Positions 27,972 through 38,503 are shown, counted from the first letter of the stretch. The stretch: DNA of 64,000 bases from Promethearchaeati archaeon SRVP18_Atabeyarchaeia-1 (GCA_037308085.1 CP147779.1:1088001-1152000), one strand, 5' to 3'. Made by a program: numbers and translations. The notes: generated by a model from the letters alone, not told the origin.

Positions 27972-29339
27972 ATGAGTATTGACAACGCGGAAATTGACCT
28001 CTTAGAATTCGGTGAGCGACTTTTGAGTAAGACTGGAGAAGGGAGATGCGACCAGCTTGAGATATTCTTATCCCGGGAAACCGTGACCTCGGCTGAAATC
28101 GAGAAAGGTTCTCTAAAGAAGTGTGAACGGCTCTTCGACATTGGGTTCTCTGCGCGAGCCGTTAAGGAAAAATCAGTGGGGTTTGCACATTCTAGTTCTC
28201 TCGAGAATGACGACGTACGGGAGGTAATCGATGAAGCGATTACGCTGACAAAGGTCATGACTCCCGACCCAGATTTCCATTCTTTGCAGGAACCAGTAGT
28301 ATACCCCAAAGTCGTGAAGAACATCGACAAAAGAATCCTTTCGATCGGAGTGGAGGATGCAATAGATATGGCGGTTCAGGTAATGGAATCGGCGGCCATT
28401 GATGAGAGGATTCACTCTATCAACACCTCGGTTGACCTTGCATCAAGGGAAGTAGCCATAGTTAACAGCTTGGGTGTTACGGCGAACGAGAGGGACACGT
28501 TTGTCGATGCGTCTGCCAATGTAGTCTCAAAAACCGAGAGCGATATGGCTTCAGGATTCGAGTTTCAAGGAGCCAGAGCAATTAGGGAGCTAGATTTACA
28601 GTGGATCGGTTTGGAGTCCGCGAGGCAGTCAATTAGACAGCTTGGTTCAAGGAAAATCAGTTCGGGTGAACTCCCTGTCGTCTTCGGCCCTAAAGTCACA
28701 GCGGGAATAATCGCAAGCGGGGTAGCCTCTGCCTGCAGCGCAGAGAACATCTGGAAAAAGAGAAGCTACCTGACCGGCAAGTTTGGCGAGACGATAGGCA
28801 GTGACGAGATCACCGTCGTCGATAACGGAACTCTGCCTAATGGCATTGCCACTGACCCCTTCGATGGAGAAGGCGCCCCCAGAACTGTAACAAAGATAAT
28901 GGATAAGGGTGTCCTCAAATCGTCGCTCCACAATTCGTATACGGCAAGAAGAGCGGGCGTCAAGAACACAGGAAATGCGGCGAGGGGCGGGGGCTGGGAC
29001 TACAGAGCAACCCCGAGCATCGGATATACGAACCTGATCCTGAAACCGGGAAAGGGAAACCTAGATGAACTAGCGTCCGAAGTGAGCGAAGGTATCCTAC
29101 TGCTGTACACTGGGGACAGGCCGAACTTGGCAACAGGTGAGCTCAGTGCACAAGTTACGGTAGGATTTAAGATAGAGAAGGGGGATGTTACGTACCCCAT
29201 TAAACAAGCGACCGTTGGAATCAAACTAATCGATCTACTCCAGAACATGGAGGCCGTAGGCGAAGACGCGAGACAGATATCCGGAGTGATTGCGCCGAGC
29301 ACAAGAGTGAGCAAGGCGATGATCTCTGGTGGAACATGA
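27972..29339 (+). CDS. pmbA: PmbA/TldE protein
   Basis: FDGEG, TGNA.R; no HExxH; immediately downstream of tldD. Confidence 0.9.
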   Translation: MSIDNAEIDLLEFGERLLSKTGEGRCDQLEIFLSRETVTSAEIEKGSLKKCERLFDIGFSARAVKEKSVGFAHSSSLENDDVREVIDEAITLTKVMTPDPDFHSLQEPVVYPKVVKNIDKRILSIGVEDAIDMAVQVMESAAIDERIHSINTSVDLASREVAIVNSLGVTANERDTFVDASANVVSKTESDMASGFEFQGARAIRELDLQWIGLESARQSIRQLGSRKISSGELPVVFGPKVTAGIIASGVASACSAENIWKKRSYLTGKFGETIGSDEITVVDNGTLPNGIATDPFDGEGAPRTVTKIMDKGVLKSSLHNSYTARRAGVKNTGNAARGGGWDYRATPSIGYTNLILKPGKGNLDELASEVSEGILLLYTGDRPNLATGELSAQVTVGFKIEKGDVTYPIKQATVGIKLIDLLQNMEAVGEDARQISGVIAPSTRVSKAMISGGT

Positions 29340-29388
29340 GGTATATTAGATGGGACTCCGTCTCAAGACGACGAGGATGTGAAATATA

Positions 29389-29772
29389 GTGGTCGACGAA
29401 CTGGAGAGAATTAAGCTGAGAAAGATGGGAGAGATGCGTAAACAGATGGAACAAAATAAGAAGCTGCAGGAAGACCAGAAGAATCTCGAGGAGAACAAGC
29501 GGAAGATAATCGCTGCCGTCCTAGAAGCTGACGCCTATCAGTACTTTGAGGACCTTAAGAAGAGGGATACGGCTACGGCCACGGAGATCGAGAACCTAGT
29601 TATAAGCCTCGCTTTGAACAAGCGGCTCAAGTACAAGCTGGAGGCTGTTGAAATAGAAGCTCTGGAGAGAAAGATCAAAGGCGTGGAGCCCAGGATCGTG
29701 ATCAAGCGGAGAGGAGGGGACGAGATCGATCTCACGGAGAAGCTGAAACGCGGCAGAGAAGAGGAGGAGTGA
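29389..29772 (+). CDS. PDCD5/TFAR19-like protein (divergent)
   Basis: DELERIKLRKMGEM...IIAAVLEADA...EIENLVISLA...RIVIKRR. Confidence 0.7.
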   Translation: MVDELERIKLRKMGEMRKQMEQNKKLQEDQKNLEENKRKIIAAVLEADAYQYFEDLKKRDTATATEIENLVISLALNKRLKYKLEAVEIEALERKIKGVEPRIVIKRRGGDEIDLTEKLKRGREEEE

Positions 29773-29956
29773 ATCGAAACAGTCTTCACTAGGCTGCGAG
29801 TCCGGGGATTTCTCAATTCTGAACTCGCTGTTCCGCCCTGCGAGAATCGCAACCTAACAACAATTCTTATTTAGCCATTTTACTTCTTAAAACTTAACTT
29901 CCTAGATGGAGTACTCACACAGTGTTTCACCGATTCGTTCACGAGGAGATAGTTCG

Positions 29957-30679
29957 ATGTCATTAGAAAGAGTAAAAACTGGGATAGAGTCACTCGATGC
30001 CCTGATCGAGGGGGGTATCCCGAAAGGCAGAATCATACTGGTGGCTGGAGGATGCGGAACTGGCAAGAGCATCCTATCAACCCAGTTCCTTTACATGGGA
30101 GCCAAGTACTATAATGAGCCAGGCATCATGATTACAACTGAGGAGAGACCTAAGAGCATTCGTCAGAACATGTTGCGCTTCGGATGGGATCTCAAACAAC
30201 TTGAAGATGATAAGAAAATTGCCATAATTGATGCAGCTTCGCCAAAAGCCAGAATACCCTCATCTGAGATGTACAAGATAAGTTACTACGATACAAATAG
30301 CCTGCTCCTCAAAATCTACGAAGCTGTAAATGAAATTGGAGCCAAGAGAGCTGTGATCGATTCAATACCAGGCCTTGCGCTTCGGCTCGAGTCTGAGTCA
30401 GAGATAAGGAGAGCAATATCACAGTTGGGGTCGCTTCTGGCAGAGCTGGATTGCACTAGTTTGGTTGTCTCAGAAGTCAATGTTCCTGGAAGGCTGGGAA
30501 GATATGGCATAGAGGAATTCATAGCCGACGGGGTCTATCTACTGGAGAACGTCCAGGTGGATGGAAAGTTCGAGAGAACCTTCTCAATAGTGAAAATGAG
30601 AGGCACCAACAACAGCAAGGATATGCATGGACTGAGGATCACAAACAAGGGAATAGAGATAATGGCGCGGAAAGACTGA
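29957..30679 (+). CDS. KaiC/RAD55-family RecA-like ATPase
   Basis: TGIESLD, GGCGTGKS, EE, IDS, KMRGT. Confidence 0.92.
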   Translation: MSLERVKTGIESLDALIEGGIPKGRIILVAGGCGTGKSILSTQFLYMGAKYYNEPGIMITTEERPKSIRQNMLRFGWDLKQLEDDKKIAIIDAASPKARIPSSEMYKISYYDTNSLLLKIYEAVNEIGAKRAVIDSIPGLALRLESESEIRRAISQLGSLLAELDCTSLVVSEVNVPGRLGRYGIEEFIADGVYLLENVQVDGKFERTFSIVKMRGTNNSKDMHGLRITNKGIEIMARKD

Positions 30680-30804
30680 GAAGTTGGCAGCCGCTCTGGC
30701 CAAGCCTTTTCCTGCCCTCCACCTTTCTACATTTGCATCCCCGGAACCAGTTTATTTTGAGTAATCAGTTTCTTCTTGTTTTGTCCAGCAATTGTACGAA
30801 CCGT

Positions 30805-31857
30805 CTACCTTGCTAGTTTCCCGAACGCAAGACACAGTCTCACCCAACTGAAATCGTTTATCTCCTTCAGCATTGCGTTCAGCCTTCCTTCATCTCCCTT
30901 CTCAAATATCTCCAGCAGAGTTGAGGACTGCTTGAAGGCTGTCGTTTTCCTCACTTCGTCATTCTTCACGCTGTCAATAATGCCTCTCGCGCCTTCGAGG
31001 TCACCTGCAAGTAATCGATCAATCGCGGCTTTCCTGAAATCCTCCGCTGCTCCGCTCATATCCCCCTTCTTGACTTCCTCCTCAGCGGCTCTTGCGTGAC
31101 ATCTTGACGCTTCAGCAGGTTGCTTTGCCTTTTCATATATCGCCGCGGCTTCCGACAAGAGATGGTCAGCTTGGTTGTGGTCGCCAGTCCTGGTGCTCTC
31201 GTCTGCTGCGCTCTGCAGATCTTCTGCAGCTTGGAGAAGGATCCTATCCCCCTCCCTGTTGTTGCCCGCTTGAACAAGCACTTCTGCCGCTTTCATTAGG
31301 CACCTTGCAGCTTCATCGAAGTGCCCCGCTCCGACGTAAAGATCCCTGGCGTCGCGAAGTGCTGATGAGGCACCCCTGGCATCATTTATCTGGAGTCTTG
31401 CGCTTGCCTCTTTCTCAACGTGCTCTGCAGCCAAGAGCGGCTCACTCAGAGTCCTATACTCTTCTGCGACCGCCCTCAGACTCTCAGCAACTTCTTGGAA
31501 CACATTCGCACGCCTATACGCGTCTGCGGCTTTCAAATAGACTGGTATCGCTCCTCTATGATCTTTTCTGTGAAGATGCTGCTTTGCAGCTTCGAGGTAG
31601 GTCTCTGCGGCAAGCTTGGGTTGACTCAGACTGTCCAGAACTGGCGCAGCTTTCTCAAGGAATCCCTCGACACTCTCGCTCCCTTCATCTTCATAGAGCT
31701 TGATTGCCTGGGTTAGGAGCCGAATAGCTTCAGCATCCTCTCCCTTGTCTCTCAATCTCGTCGATGCCTCAAATAGCTTCTCTGCCGCGGCGCTCTTTAC
31801 CTTCATGGAACGGTATCTTTCGGCCTCAGCTTTTAGTCTCTCGATCTCATCGGCCAA
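30805..31857 (-). CDS. TPR-like alpha-solenoid resembling soluble NSF attachment proteins (SNAP)
   Basis: Repeated AA..Y..AA helices; C-terminal AAIDRLLAGD...LLEIFEKGD..L bundle. Confidence 0.65.
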   Translation of the reverse strand: MADEIERLKAEAERYRSMKVKSAAAEKLFEASTRLRDKGEDAEAIRLLTQAIKLYEDEGSESVEGFLEKAAPVLDSLSQPKLAAETYLEAAKQHLHRKDHRGAIPVYLKAADAYRRANVFQEVAESLRAVAEEYRTLSEPLLAAEHVEKEASARLQINDARGASSALRDARDLYVGAGHFDEAARCLMKAAEVLVQAGNNREGDRILLQAAEDLQSAADESTRTGDHNQADHLLSEAAAIYEKAKQPAEASRCHARAAEEEVKKGDMSGAAEDFRKAAIDRLLAGDLEGARGIIDSVKNDEVRKTTAFKQSSTLLEIFEKGDEGRLNAMLKEINDFSWVRLCLAFGKLAR

Positions 31858-31998
31858 GTCAGATTCTCCTCCTAGCGAGTGTCGCTAACTGACCAATACT
31901 GATTTGACACATAACTATTTCCCATAGTTTATGCCCAGAAACTCAAAGGTAAAATACTGGGTCATAGATATACTCCTCCTAAGGAGGCGAGGAATAAT

Positions 31999-33675
31999 TT
32001 GAGCAAGAAGTCTCCATACGAATCCAAGATTTGGCTTAAGAACTATGACGAAGGTGTTCCGCCTAAACTACCTGAACCGAAATCTCCACTGAACAAGGTG
32101 CTGGACGATGTTGCGAAGGAGTACCCAGAGAAGACTGCTGTTGTCTTCTACAAGAGGAAGATAACCTTTCGCGAGCTGAAGGATTACACTGACAGGCTAG
32201 CCACAGCCTTCGTGGCAATGGGAATAAAGAAGGGTGACATCATTGGACTCCACATGCCTAACCTCCCGCATTATCCGATCACAATGTGGGGTGCATGGAA
32301 AGCAGGCGCAGTTGTCATGGGTGTAAGCCCGCTTATGAAAGAACGGGATTTGAGACATCAACTCAAAGATTCAGGTGCCAAGGCCGTCGTGTCTGCTGAA
32401 ATGTATGTGAAGATGGTTAGCACGATCAAGCCTGAAACGAAAATCGAACATGTAATCTCCGCAGGGCTGGGCGACTTCCCGGAGGGATCCCTTCCCAAGC
32501 CCAAGGAAATACCAGGAGCAACTCACTTCATCAAACTCCTAACCGAATACAAACCGAACCCACCTCCTGTTCAGGTTGACTTAAAGGAAACACCCGCTTT
32601 TCTCCAATATACGGGTGGGACAACAGGATTACCTAAGGGCGCTGTCATAACTCACTACAATCATCTGTCCAACATGTACCAATTCACGGCATGGCTTAAG
32701 TTCAAACGAGGGGTAGAATCAGTCGTGTCGGGTTTTCCTTATTTCCACATAGCTGGGACACTAACATGCACAATGTCTATATTGAATGCGGCTCAGCAAG
32801 CGTTGGTCGTGAACCCAAGAGATCTACCTCTGATTTTTCAGCTCGTCAATGAGCATAAGCCAACATTGTTAGCTAATGTTAGCACGCTCTACATGCTGAT
32901 GCTCAGACACCCCGATTTCAAGAAATGCGACTTCAGCTCGGTTAAGTATTTCATAAGCGCAGCAGCTCCGTTTCCAGCAGAGGTCATAAAGGAATTCGAG
33001 AAAGCGACCGGGAAGAGAGTCATTGAAGCATACGGTTTGACGGAATGTTCTCCCCTCGTCACGGCGAACCCTGTTGAACACACAAGGAAAATCGGCTCAG
33101 TCGGAATGCCATTTCCGGATACAGAGATAAGAATCGTGGAACTGGGGGCAAAGAACAAGGAGGTTCCGCTAGGAGAACCTGGTGACCTTCTAGTCCGAGG
33201 TCCACAAGTCTTCAAAGGATACTTGAATAGACCTGAAGAAACTAGAACATCGCTAGTAGGCGACGGGTGGTGCCGAACAGGTGATGTAGCGAAAATGGAC
33301 GAAAATGGGTACATCTACATAGTAGACAGAACTAAAGACATGATTAATGTGGGTGGGTTGAAGGTGTATCCTAGAGAAGTTGACGACACATTGTGTGAAC
33401 ATCCCGCTGTGATGATGGCTGCAACAGTTGGGCTTACCGATCCCGATCGTCCAGGAAGCGAGAGAATAAAAGCGTTCGTCGTTCTCAAACAAGGCTACGA
33501 AGGAACTGGGAAAATGGAGCAGGAGCTAATACAGTTTGTGAAAGATAGGATATCCCCATACAAGGTTCCGAAGTACATAGAGTTCAGAAAGGAGTTGCCT
33601 CTTACACTCATAGGCAAAGTTGTGAAGGTATCGCTGAGAGAAGAAGAAAAGACCAAAGCGGCAGACCAGAAATGA
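31999..33675 (+). CDS. Long-chain fatty-acid--CoA ligase
   Basis: YTGGTTGLPKG, YGLTE, TGD, DRTKD, GKV. Confidence 0.95.
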   Translation: MSKKSPYESKIWLKNYDEGVPPKLPEPKSPLNKVLDDVAKEYPEKTAVVFYKRKITFRELKDYTDRLATAFVAMGIKKGDIIGLHMPNLPHYPITMWGAWKAGAVVMGVSPLMKERDLRHQLKDSGAKAVVSAEMYVKMVSTIKPETKIEHVISAGLGDFPEGSLPKPKEIPGATHFIKLLTEYKPNPPPVQVDLKETPAFLQYTGGTTGLPKGAVITHYNHLSNMYQFTAWLKFKRGVESVVSGFPYFHIAGTLTCTMSILNAAQQALVVNPRDLPLIFQLVNEHKPTLLANVSTLYMLMLRHPDFKKCDFSSVKYFISAAAPFPAEVIKEFEKATGKRVIEAYGLTECSPLVTANPVEHTRKIGSVGMPFPDTEIRIVELGAKNKEVPLGEPGDLLVRGPQVFKGYLNRPEETRTSLVGDGWCRTGDVAKMDENGYIYIVDRTKDMINVGGLKVYPREVDDTLCEHPAVMMAATVGLTDPDRPGSERIKAFVVLKQGYEGTGKMEQELIQFVKDRISPYKVPKYIEFRKELPLTLIGKVVKVSLREEEKTKAADQK

Positions 33676-33685
33676 CGCAAAGGAA

Positions 33686-33814
33686 ATGGAGGCATTCATC
33701 TACCTCATCAGCGGACAGCTTCGCGTGGTGTCTCTCACGTCTGAGGTAGATCTCCTTCCACTTTTCTATTCTCATAGAGATAGGAAAAAGAGAAGATTAT
33801 GGGAATGGAGCCAT
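33686..33814. terminator. Structured region between convergent genes (3' UTR / terminator hairpins)
   Basis: Perfect 10-bp stem 33698-33707/33742-33751 plus a second hairpin at about 33762-33788. Confidence 0.45.
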
Positions 33815-33823
33815 GGACTAATT

Positions 33824-34996
33824 CTATAGTTGTTTGTTGGACAGTATCGTAACGCCTGCTACCGAACCCGTGCCTCCCAGATTGTGAGTTAATCCAATCT
33901 CGGCGTTGCTTACTTGGCGTTTATCTGCTTCATTTCTAAGGTGCCATGATATCTCGCATATTTGCGCGATTCCTGTTGCCCCTATTGGGTGACCTTTGCT
34001 CTTTAAGCCGCCACTTGGGTTAATCGGGATCTTTCCGCCTATTTCGGTGTTTCCTTGTTCAATGAATTTCCCGCCTTCGCCTTTCTTGCAGAATCCTAGA
34101 TCCTCTGTGTCAAGGATTTCGGTTATCGTGAAGCAGTCGTGCACCTCAGCTAGGTTAACGTCTTCGGGCCCAATGCCAGCCATTCTGTAAGCTTCTTTGC
34201 CAGCCTCGACTGTCGCGTAGAACGTGGTGAAATCTGGTTTTGAAGCCATGTTGAATGTGTCTGTCGCCAGACCCAATCCTGCAACGTAAACTGGTGCGTC
34301 GGTGTACTTCTTGGCTAGGTCAGCGCGGGTGATTATTACTGCCGCGGCTCCATCAGTTACAGGGCAGCAATCGAAGAGCCCGAGTGGAGAGCATACCATT
34401 GGTGCTTTTAGGGCATCCTCAAGTTTGATGGGTCTCTGGAAGTGGGCATACGGGTCTAGTGCTCCATTCTTGTGGTTCTTGACAGCCACGTAGGCCATTT
34501 GTTGCTTTGTGGTTCCAAAGTCATGCATATGCCTGTTTGCGTAGAATGCGAAGATGGCTGGCGCGGTCATTCCCCTAGCGTAGATTGGATGCATGCCTCT
34601 TGCGACGACCCCTTGGAGAGACTCGATTGGAGGGACGTCTCGCATCTTCTCTACTCCAAGGGCCAAGGCAACGTCGTACGTCCCTGATGCCACGGCGAAG
34701 CAGGCATTTCGAAAGGCGTCCATCCCGGTGGCACAGGCATTCTCCAGTCTGGAGACCGGTCTTGGAAAGAACCCGAGCGGCTCAGCAAGGGAGGCTCCAG
34801 TTAGGATCTCTCGTTTTATTATGCTGCCAATGCATGTCCCAAGCCATGCAGCTTGGATCTCCTTTTGGTCAATACCATTGTCAACGCTCTTGAGGGCGTT
34901 GAGATAGGCTTCGCTCATCATGTCCTCGTAACTTTTCTCGAATAGTTCCCCGAATTTAATCATCCCAAAACCTACAACTGCGACTTTGTTCTTCAT
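33824..34996 (-). CDS. SCP-x-type thiolase (acetyl-CoA acetyltransferase), PhlC/AcaB-like
   Basis: ENACATG (catalytic Cys), EVHDCF, GHPIGATG. Confidence 0.93.
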   Translation of the reverse strand: MKNKVAVVGFGMIKFGELFEKSYEDMMSEAYLNALKSVDNGIDQKEIQAAWLGTCIGSIIKREILTGASLAEPLGFFPRPVSRLENACATGMDAFRNACFAVASGTYDVALALGVEKMRDVPPIESLQGVVARGMHPIYARGMTAPAIFAFYANRHMHDFGTTKQQMAYVAVKNHKNGALDPYAHFQRPIKLEDALKAPMVCSPLGLFDCCPVTDGAAAVIITRADLAKKYTDAPVYVAGLGLATDTFNMASKPDFTTFYATVEAGKEAYRMAGIGPEDVNLAEVHDCFTITEILDTEDLGFCKKGEGGKFIEQGNTEIGGKIPINPSGGLKSKGHPIGATGIAQICEISWHLRNEADKRQVSNAEIGLTHNLGGTGSVAGVTILSNKQL

Positions 34997-35042
34997 CTAG
35001 TTCTCACACTCCTATCAAGGAAATCGTTCTTGGCAGCTTGTT

Positions 35043-35456
35043 CTACTTCTTAGCCTCCGTCGCCTCCTTAACTGGTTTCGCCCGGAAACTGTACCTGAGA
35101 AGTCCTTCGGACTCACCAAATCTCCTGAAGACAAGCTCCACAGGCATGTCTATTTTCACTTCGTCTGGCTTCGCCTGAGTCATTGAAACCATTAGTCTTG
35201 CCCCGTCTTCCGTGTCCACTATGGCCATAATTGTCGGAGTCTCAAAACCGGGGGGCATAACATGCTCAACCGTGAAAGTCACGATTTTTCCCCTTCTAGT
35301 GATGTGGTGTTCCTCAAATCCTTCTGCGCTACCGCATTTGAGGCAAATGCTTCCCATCCTTGGGAAGTTTATGTAACCACATTTCTTGCACTTCAGACCT
35401 ACCAGTCTATAAAGTTGTGGAATCTCCCTCCACAACATTGGAGAAGCAATCGACAT
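35043..35456 (-). CDS. DUF35 Zn-ribbon/OB-fold protein (PhlB/AcaC-like)
   Basis: CKKC..CLKC plus OB fold. Confidence 0.9.
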   Translation of the reverse strand: MSIASPMLWREIPQLYRLVGLKCKKCGYINFPRMGSICLKCGSAEGFEEHHITRRGKIVTFTVEHVMPPGFETPTIMAIVDTEDGARLMVSMTQAKPDEVKIDMPVELVFRRFGESEGLLRYSFRAKPVKEATEAKK

Positions 35457-35476
35457 TTTCTATTTCAACCTCCTCT

Positions 35477-36520
35477 TCAAGGGCTCGCCACAAACATTTC
35501 TTTCAGCTTCGCGTATTGAATGTAGTTTAGTATTTCCTTGGACTTCTGGAAGTTCTTGATTGAGTAGAATGCATTCTTTCTACTTTCTGCGGTTGGTGTC
35601 ACCTTTAGACTTATGGCATCGCTGCATCCTCCGCCGTAGGACAACAGCATGATTCTGTCATTTGGTTTTGACTGTTCCAGAACCTGCGCAAGACCTAGGA
35701 ACACGTATGCAGCACCCGTTTCTCCAAAAGAGTTGAACGTCACTCCCGGCATTAGATTCGGCATGTCGAACCCGATTTTCTTGGAAGCGTCTATCCCCTT
35801 CGACGGATCAATGCCAAAGGGTAGCATCTGCTGCACGACATACTTGAAATCCTTCGAAGTCTTACCAAGTTTCTTGACTAAGCCGATGGCCGCCTCAACG
35901 ACAGCTTTGGTATAGCCATACTCCCTGGAAAACCTGTCGTCTCCGCTGTCCCTTTCATACGGGTCTCCAGTTCTTTTCCACTTGTCGGCAAACTCTGAAG
36001 AGGAAGAGCTTGCGCCTTCGAACTCAGTTATTGTGTTCTCTTTGCCAATCACGACGGCTCCAGCGCCGGCGCCTGAATAGAATTCAAGAATGGAACTAGG
36101 TGCCCCAAGAAGGCCATCAGCGCCAACAGCTATGCCATACTTCGCTCTACCAGCGCTGATTAGATCCGTGCATGCCAATAATGCGGATGTTCCTGCTCTT
36201 GCAGAACCGCCGAATTCCATAATCGTCGCCGTACTAGGCAATCCAAGGTGAGCTGCGATCGTGGTTGCAATCATTCTTTCTGTATAGGGACTTGAGGTAG
36301 TTCCCAGGTAGACAGCCTCGATCTTCTCTGGGGGTATTCCCGAATGGCGAACGGCGTTAGTGGCTGCTTCTGCCGCCATCGTCACGGCGTCTTCATCGAC
36401 GTTCGGCACTGCCTTCTCAACATCCATTAAGGGTGGCGGGAAGTTGCTTGCCTTAAGAATCTCGCTTAACTTTATCCTGTAACTAGGAACATAAGCTCCT
36501 ACACCAACTATGCCGACCAT
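35477..36520 (-). CDS. HMG-CoA-synthase-fold protein lacking the catalytic Glu/Cys/His (PhlA-like)
   Basis: GTTSSPY in place of GSESHPY, GGSARAG in place of FACKAG, VQQM in place of FHQP. Confidence 0.82.
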   Translation of the reverse strand: MVGIVGVGAYVPSYRIKLSEILKASNFPPPLMDVEKAVPNVDEDAVTMAAEAATNAVRHSGIPPEKIEAVYLGTTSSPYTERMIATTIAAHLGLPSTATIMEFGGSARAGTSALLACTDLISAGRAKYGIAVGADGLLGAPSSILEFYSGAGAGAVVIGKENTITEFEGASSSSSEFADKWKRTGDPYERDSGDDRFSREYGYTKAVVEAAIGLVKKLGKTSKDFKYVVQQMLPFGIDPSKGIDASKKIGFDMPNLMPGVTFNSFGETGAAYVFLGLAQVLEQSKPNDRIMLLSYGGGCSDAISLKVTPTAESRKNAFYSIKNFQKSKEILNYIQYAKLKEMFVASP

Positions 36521-36723
36521 GAAGTCTCCATCTCCCTTAGTAGCTTTTTCAACACTGTTACATTATCACCTCTAATTCTCTGTCCTTTTAATCTTTACCA
36601 AGGGAGAAGACTCTCTTCTAAAAAGAGGTTCTGGCGATCTGGAAATGATGGAAAGAGAGATGCGCAGAGTTCAGGACGGGGTCCAACTCGCACCAAATAT
36701 GATGCAATCTGGGTTGATTTTGC

Positions 36724-38169
36724 TCACCGATTATTCTCGGTGTGCTTCAAGTAGTCCCTGTAATCAAGCATAGCCCTTATGGCCTGCGCCGCGGTCTGAG
36801 GATCCTCGTACACTGGGACACCTCCGTCTCCCCTTAGGTATTGCAGAACCTTACTGTCCTCATTGGCGTGTATTGTCAGTCCTATTATTGGTTTTCCATA
36901 TCGATGTTTGAGTTCCGCTAGCAGCTTCGCTTCATCTAGTTCTCTCTTAGTTCCCATCTGAGTAATGATTGCGTCATGTAAGACTTCAGTAAAAGCTTCA
37001 AGCAACCCGATACCTATGACTATCACGCCATCGATGTAGTCTTGTTTCAGAAGTGTTTCAGCACATGTTGAAAGTATGCCTTCCCCGAAGGCACCGTCAC
37101 TAGTGTCTACGGGATTCGTATGGCTCCAGTATTTTGGGAGTATCTTGCTTAGTGATTCAACTTCCCCATTTTCAAGCGGCGGTACTTTGAGGTTGAGTCG
37201 GTCAGCGTGATCCATGAATTGTACACCGACGCCTCCGCCAAAGGTCACTATGCCTAGATTAGGTCCTCTCGGGATGGGTTGAGTTGAGAAAGCCGTCGCC
37301 AGGTCAAACATCTTAGCGACACTATCAGCACGTATTGCGCCGCTTGCCTTCAAGGCTGCGGAAACGACTTTGTCAGAACCAGCTAACGCTCCAACGTGAG
37401 AGGCTACGACCCTTTGGCTCGTCTCTCCTGTTCCGGCTTTCATTACAAGTACAGGTTTCCTCTTGGAAGCTTCCTTGACCGCAGCCATGAGTTTCCGGCC
37501 GTTCTTCAGCCCTTCGAAGTAGGCCATTATGACCTTGGTTGCAGAGTCTTTTCCGTAGTAATCAATCATGTCAGATATGTCTAGGTCTGCTGAGTCTCCC
37601 ACATTGACGAACTTGCTCAAGCCTTGCCTTCGTCGATGCGTCAATCCGTGGACGATGACCCCGGGGCTACCACCTTGCGATACAAATGCTATCTGGCCTG
37701 CAAGAGGCCTTATGGGACCGAGCAACGCTGAGAAGCTGGAGGCGGCGCTATACACACCATTGCAGTTAGGTCCAGTGAAACGCAACCCACCTTTCCTGGC
37801 AATTCGGATGACCTCATGCTCCAAGTTGGAGCCTGACTCATCAACCTCACTGAACCCTGCAGAAATAACAATTGCTGTCTTGACGTTCTGGGAAACGCAG
37901 TCCTCCATAGTTTCTGGCACATATTTCGCCGGAAGCGTGAAGACAGCGCAGTCAATAGGTTCCTTGATTTTGTTCACCTTGGCAACCGCCTGAAGACCAA
38001 CAATTCTGGCGGCTGCGTTGGGATTCACGGGGTAGACTCTTCCTCTAAATCCGCCATCGACGATATTTCTTAGTACGAATCCACTCACGCTAACAGGATC
38101 CCTTGACGCGCCGATGCAGGCTACGACTTTTGGGTTGAATAATGGTTCGAGTTCGTTTGAAATAGTCAA
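36724..38169 (-). CDS. Acyl-CoA synthetase (NDP-forming) alpha subunit
   Basis: IGAS, GPNCNG, SQGG, SHVGALAG, NPVD. Confidence 0.92.
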   Translation of the reverse strand: MTISNELEPLFNPKVVACIGASRDPVSVSGFVLRNIVDGGFRGRVYPVNPNAAARIVGLQAVAKVNKIKEPIDCAVFTLPAKYVPETMEDCVSQNVKTAIVISAGFSEVDESGSNLEHEVIRIARKGGLRFTGPNCNGVYSAASSFSALLGPIRPLAGQIAFVSQGGSPGVIVHGLTHRRRQGLSKFVNVGDSADLDISDMIDYYGKDSATKVIMAYFEGLKNGRKLMAAVKEASKRKPVLVMKAGTGETSQRVVASHVGALAGSDKVVSAALKASGAIRADSVAKMFDLATAFSTQPIPRGPNLGIVTFGGGVGVQFMDHADRLNLKVPPLENGEVESLSKILPKYWSHTNPVDTSDGAFGEGILSTCAETLLKQDYIDGVIVIGIGLLEAFTEVLHDAIITQMGTKRELDEAKLLAELKHRYGKPIIGLTIHANEDSKVLQYLRGDGGVPVYEDPQTAAQAIRAMLDYRDYLKHTENNR

Positions 38170-38244
38170 CGGGATGGTTCACTTCCATTTACTTTTTCGC
38201 CAGAGCCTAATTAGGTGAATAAGCTAGGTATAAAAACATTCTGT

Positions 38245-38479
38245 ACAGGCCACTGCTCAGAATAGGCTTCATGTTGTCTCCTAGTGAAAGCCATTTAGCG
38301 AATAGTCTTGCATGGTACGCTCTTGGGCTTCCGGCTTTCCGTAGTCCGTCTTCCGCATCCTCTGTCCAAGAGCTAAAAGGAGAATGTTGCGTTTTCCTTG
38401 CATTGATTCCAATGCGGTTGCCAAAAAGGAAGAATTGGAAGGATCGCTTCGTACTGCCGTGGAAGAGCCCTAGTCCTGT
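38245..38479 (+). ncRNA. Candidate ~230-nt structured RNA antisense to both flanking genes
   Basis: 10-bp stems 38319-38328/38364-38373 and 38377-38386/38390-38399, hairpin 38400-38415; G-U pairs on +; TATAAAAA at 38229. Confidence 0.5.
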
Positions 38480-38503
38480 CTCTGGTTCGTTTTACTGGTT
38501 TCC

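Noticed and set aside
31092-31703. 203-aa plus-strand ORF (likewise 40904-41518 and 3490-4122)
   Set aside because: Antisense shadows of well-supported genes.
35477-36520. Mevalonate-pathway HMG-CoA synthase
   Set aside because: Catalytic Cys, Glu and His positions are substituted.
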